This document shows, one piece after another, positions 61,967 through 64,000 of a stretch of DNA of 64,000 nucleotides (its first letter is position 1; every line of letters starts with the position of its first letter). The stretch is taken from NCBI GenBank assembly GCA_963726745.1, contig CAVSDR010000005.1, forward strand, positions 64,001 to 128,000, in the 5' to 3' direction. Source of the DNA: an uncultured Verrucomicrobiae bacterium (GTDB taxonomy: Bacteria; Verrucomicrobiota; Verrucomicrobiia; Chthoniobacterales; UBA10450). A program made the position numbers and the translations under genes. The notes beneath the pieces are model-generated. The model ran no database searches. It was given only the letters and a program-made list of their open reading frames with translations, and was not told the origin of the DNA.

Positions 61967-64000
61967 ATGACATTTACCACTCCTTCCTTCCTTTGCTCCA
62001 CCCGGGTGGCCACCGCGATTCTGTGCGCTGGCTGGCTCGGCTACGCCGCCCCCGCTGGGGCCAAACCGGTGCCGGAAAATCTCGGCTACGGCATGGATAA
62101 ACTGGTCGAAAGCGACCTCGCGCTTAAAGCGGGCAGGAACCAGCGCGGCCTGCGCTTGTTCAACGGCTACGCCACCCAGGAAGCGGCTAACTACGCCGCG
62201 CGCGCCATCGCCTCAGAGGATGGCCGCTTCATGATCGACATCACACTCACCGGAAAAGTACCGGTCGAGAAATTGCAGGAGATGTTGCGCGCTAAATTCC
62301 CGTCGTTCGAAGTGACCGCGGTCGATCCGAGCTATCGCAAGGTTGGCATCATCGAAGGCTGGATCGCTGTCGAGGAAGCGGCCGCGCTGGCCGAGACCGC
62401 TGGTATCCGCGCCGTTTTCCTGGCTCTGCAACCGCAGTTGCACCGTGCCGCTGCGACCGGCGAGGCGATCCCTGCGCGTGGCGCGGTCAACGCCCCGCCA
62501 TCGACCAACCTGGCTTTGCTCGGGACGAAATTTCTCCAGGGCGTGACCCAACATCGCGTCGACAAAATCAGTCAGATCTACAACCCCTCCGCGCCGGTGA
62601 ACTACGACGGCACCGGGATCACCGTGGGCGTCATGTCGGATAGCTTCAACCGCCGGGCGGCCAACACCGCGACCAGCCCGAACTACCAGACCAACGTCAA
62701 CAACTACGACCTGCCGGGCCACCCGAGTAACCCGATCAACACCAACCCGATCATCGTCCTTGAGGACACCGTCGAGGCCAACTCCGACGAAGGCCGCGGG
62801 ATGTGCGAGATCGTTTACAAGATGGCGCCAAAATCGAAGATCGGTTTTGCCACCGCTTTCACCGGCGAAGTCGGCTTTGCCAACAACATCCGCGCGCTCT
62901 CCGGCAAGTTCCCCTCGGTGCCGAACACGCTGCCTGATTTCAAGGCCGACGTGATCGTGGACGACGTGAGCTACGGCGGCGAGCCCGTCTTTGCCGATGG
63001 CGGCGTGGTCATGAACGGCGTCGACGACGTCGCGGCCGTGGGCGTTTCCTACTTCTCTTCGGCGGCGAATTCCTACGGCGTCTCGGTTTACAATTCCGAC
63101 CTGCGGATGGTCGCGAATGGCAGCGGCAACACGGCCGCGACCAATGCCGCGCTCGTCGGGACCAACATCGACCTCTCCGGCGTGCCGACGAATCTCTACC
63201 AAGGTGGCTTCCACAATTTCAACCCGACCGGCGGACTCGACGTGGCCTGCCTTTGGAACATCGGCACCGCTGCCGGCATCGCGACCGAAATGCAGTGGGA
63301 CGACCCCTACGACACCTCCACGCCGGTGGTCAATGAACCCCCGATCTACACCAACAGCGGCACGATCTCCGGCGCCACGCCGGTGACCTTTACCGACATT
63401 CCGAATCTCAGCGCCGGCACGAAATACATCATCACCGAGACAGCCACCGGCGGCGGATTGGATGGCATCGTCTCGATCATCGACGACGCCACCGGGACGG
63501 TGATTGTCGACCAGGACACCGGCACCGACGAGGTGGTGACCTTCTTCCCCCCGACGACGGCCAAATACAACATCTCCGTGCGTCGTTACGGAACGACCAC
63601 CGGGACGTTTGACCTCAAGATCAACACCGCCAGCGGTTCGCCCTCGCTCTCGACCGATCTGAACCTGCTCGTCTTCCGTGCCGACACTGGCGCCTACATT
63701 GGGTCCAGCTCGCTCACGAGCAACAACTACGCGAACAACCGCCCGGTCGAGCTCGGCACGGTCGTTCGCCCCACCGGCCAGACTCAGGTGCAGTTTGTGA
63801 TCGCTCGCTCGAGCAACCCGATCGGCCCGCGGGCCGCGACCCGGGTGCGTTGCGGGACCGATGCGAACAGCAACTCGAGCAATGCCCCGGCGGAATATTT
63901 TGACTACAACTCGGCGGTGACCAAGGGCCACTCGATCGCGGCCGGCTGCAACGGCGTCGCGGCTTACGATGTCTTCCGGCCGAATGTTCCGCAGAGCTTC
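61967..64000 (+). CDS. Secreted subtilase (copy 2, 3'-partial; missing from the ORF track)
   Basis: ATG at 61967, MTFTTPSF...AKPVPENLGYGMDKLVES, QGVTQHRVDKI, MSDS, DEGRGM, FKADVIVDD. Colinear with 57857..60997 and open to the window end. Confidence 0.85.
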   Translation, partial: MTFTTPSFLCSTRVATAILCAGWLGYAAPAGAKPVPENLGYGMDKLVESDLALKAGRNQRGLRLFNGYATQEAANYAARAIASEDGRFMIDITLTGKVPVEKLQEMLRAKFPSFEVTAVDPSYRKVGIIEGWIAVEEAAALAETAGIRAVFLALQPQLHRAAATGEAIPARGAVNAPPSTNLALLGTKFLQGVTQHRVDKISQIYNPSAPVNYDGTGITVGVMSDSFNRRAANTATSPNYQTNVNNYDLPGHPSNPINTNPIIVLEDTVEANSDEGRGMCEIVYKMAPKSKIGFATAFTGEVGFANNIRALSGKFPSVPNTLPDFKADVIVDDVSYGGEPVFADGGVVMNGVDDVAAVGVSYFSSAANSYGVSVYNSDLRMVANGSGNTAATNAALVGTNIDLSGVPTNLYQGGFHNFNPTGGLDVACLWNIGTAAGIATEMQWDDPYDTSTPVVNEPPIYTNSGTISGATPVTFTDIPNLSAGTKYIITETATGGGLDGIVSIIDDATGTVIVDQDTGTDEVVTFFPPTTAKYNISVRRYGTTTGTFDLKINTASGSPSLSTDLNLLVFRADTGAYIGSSSLTSNNYANNRPVELGTVVRPTGQTQVQFVIARSSNPIGPRAATRVRCGTDANSNSSNAPAEYFDYNSAVTKGHSIAAGCNGVAAYDVFRPNVPQSF

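Overview
GC-rich (about 65% by eye) bacterial chromosomal window. Gene content suggests Verrucomicrobiota, probably Chthoniobacterales-like (inference from PEP-CTERM proteins, SRKTHG+dockerin C-termini and RFYR-type C-termini). It holds about 50 genes. Housekeeping: nfo, the rpmE-prfA-metF-prmC-murA cluster, ppk1 plus a ROK/polyP kinase, a kefF/G-kefC/B pair, tRNA-Leu(TAG), trxA, PBP1A, kdsD-efp, treY, argS and a PTS IIA. It also holds many secreted or surface proteins, including a tandem duplicated [PEP-CTERM + subtilase] cassette and a 1226-aa Gly-rich PEP-CTERM protein. Many genes, including argS and prmC, carry single-base frameshifts that look like long-read consensus errors. No mobile element or CRISPR array was seen. 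The most striking unexplained signal is a dispersed, non-palindromic motif, consensus 5'-G(C/G)CTAACGAGTC-3'. I counted about 40 copies of the core CTAACGA/TCGTTAG by eye, roughly one per 1.6 kb. They lie on both strands, inside genes in several reading frames and on stop codons, alongside a sister motif GGCTAATT/AATTAGCC. This resembles a DNA-uptake-sequence or HIP1-like highly iterated signal that I do not recognise as described.
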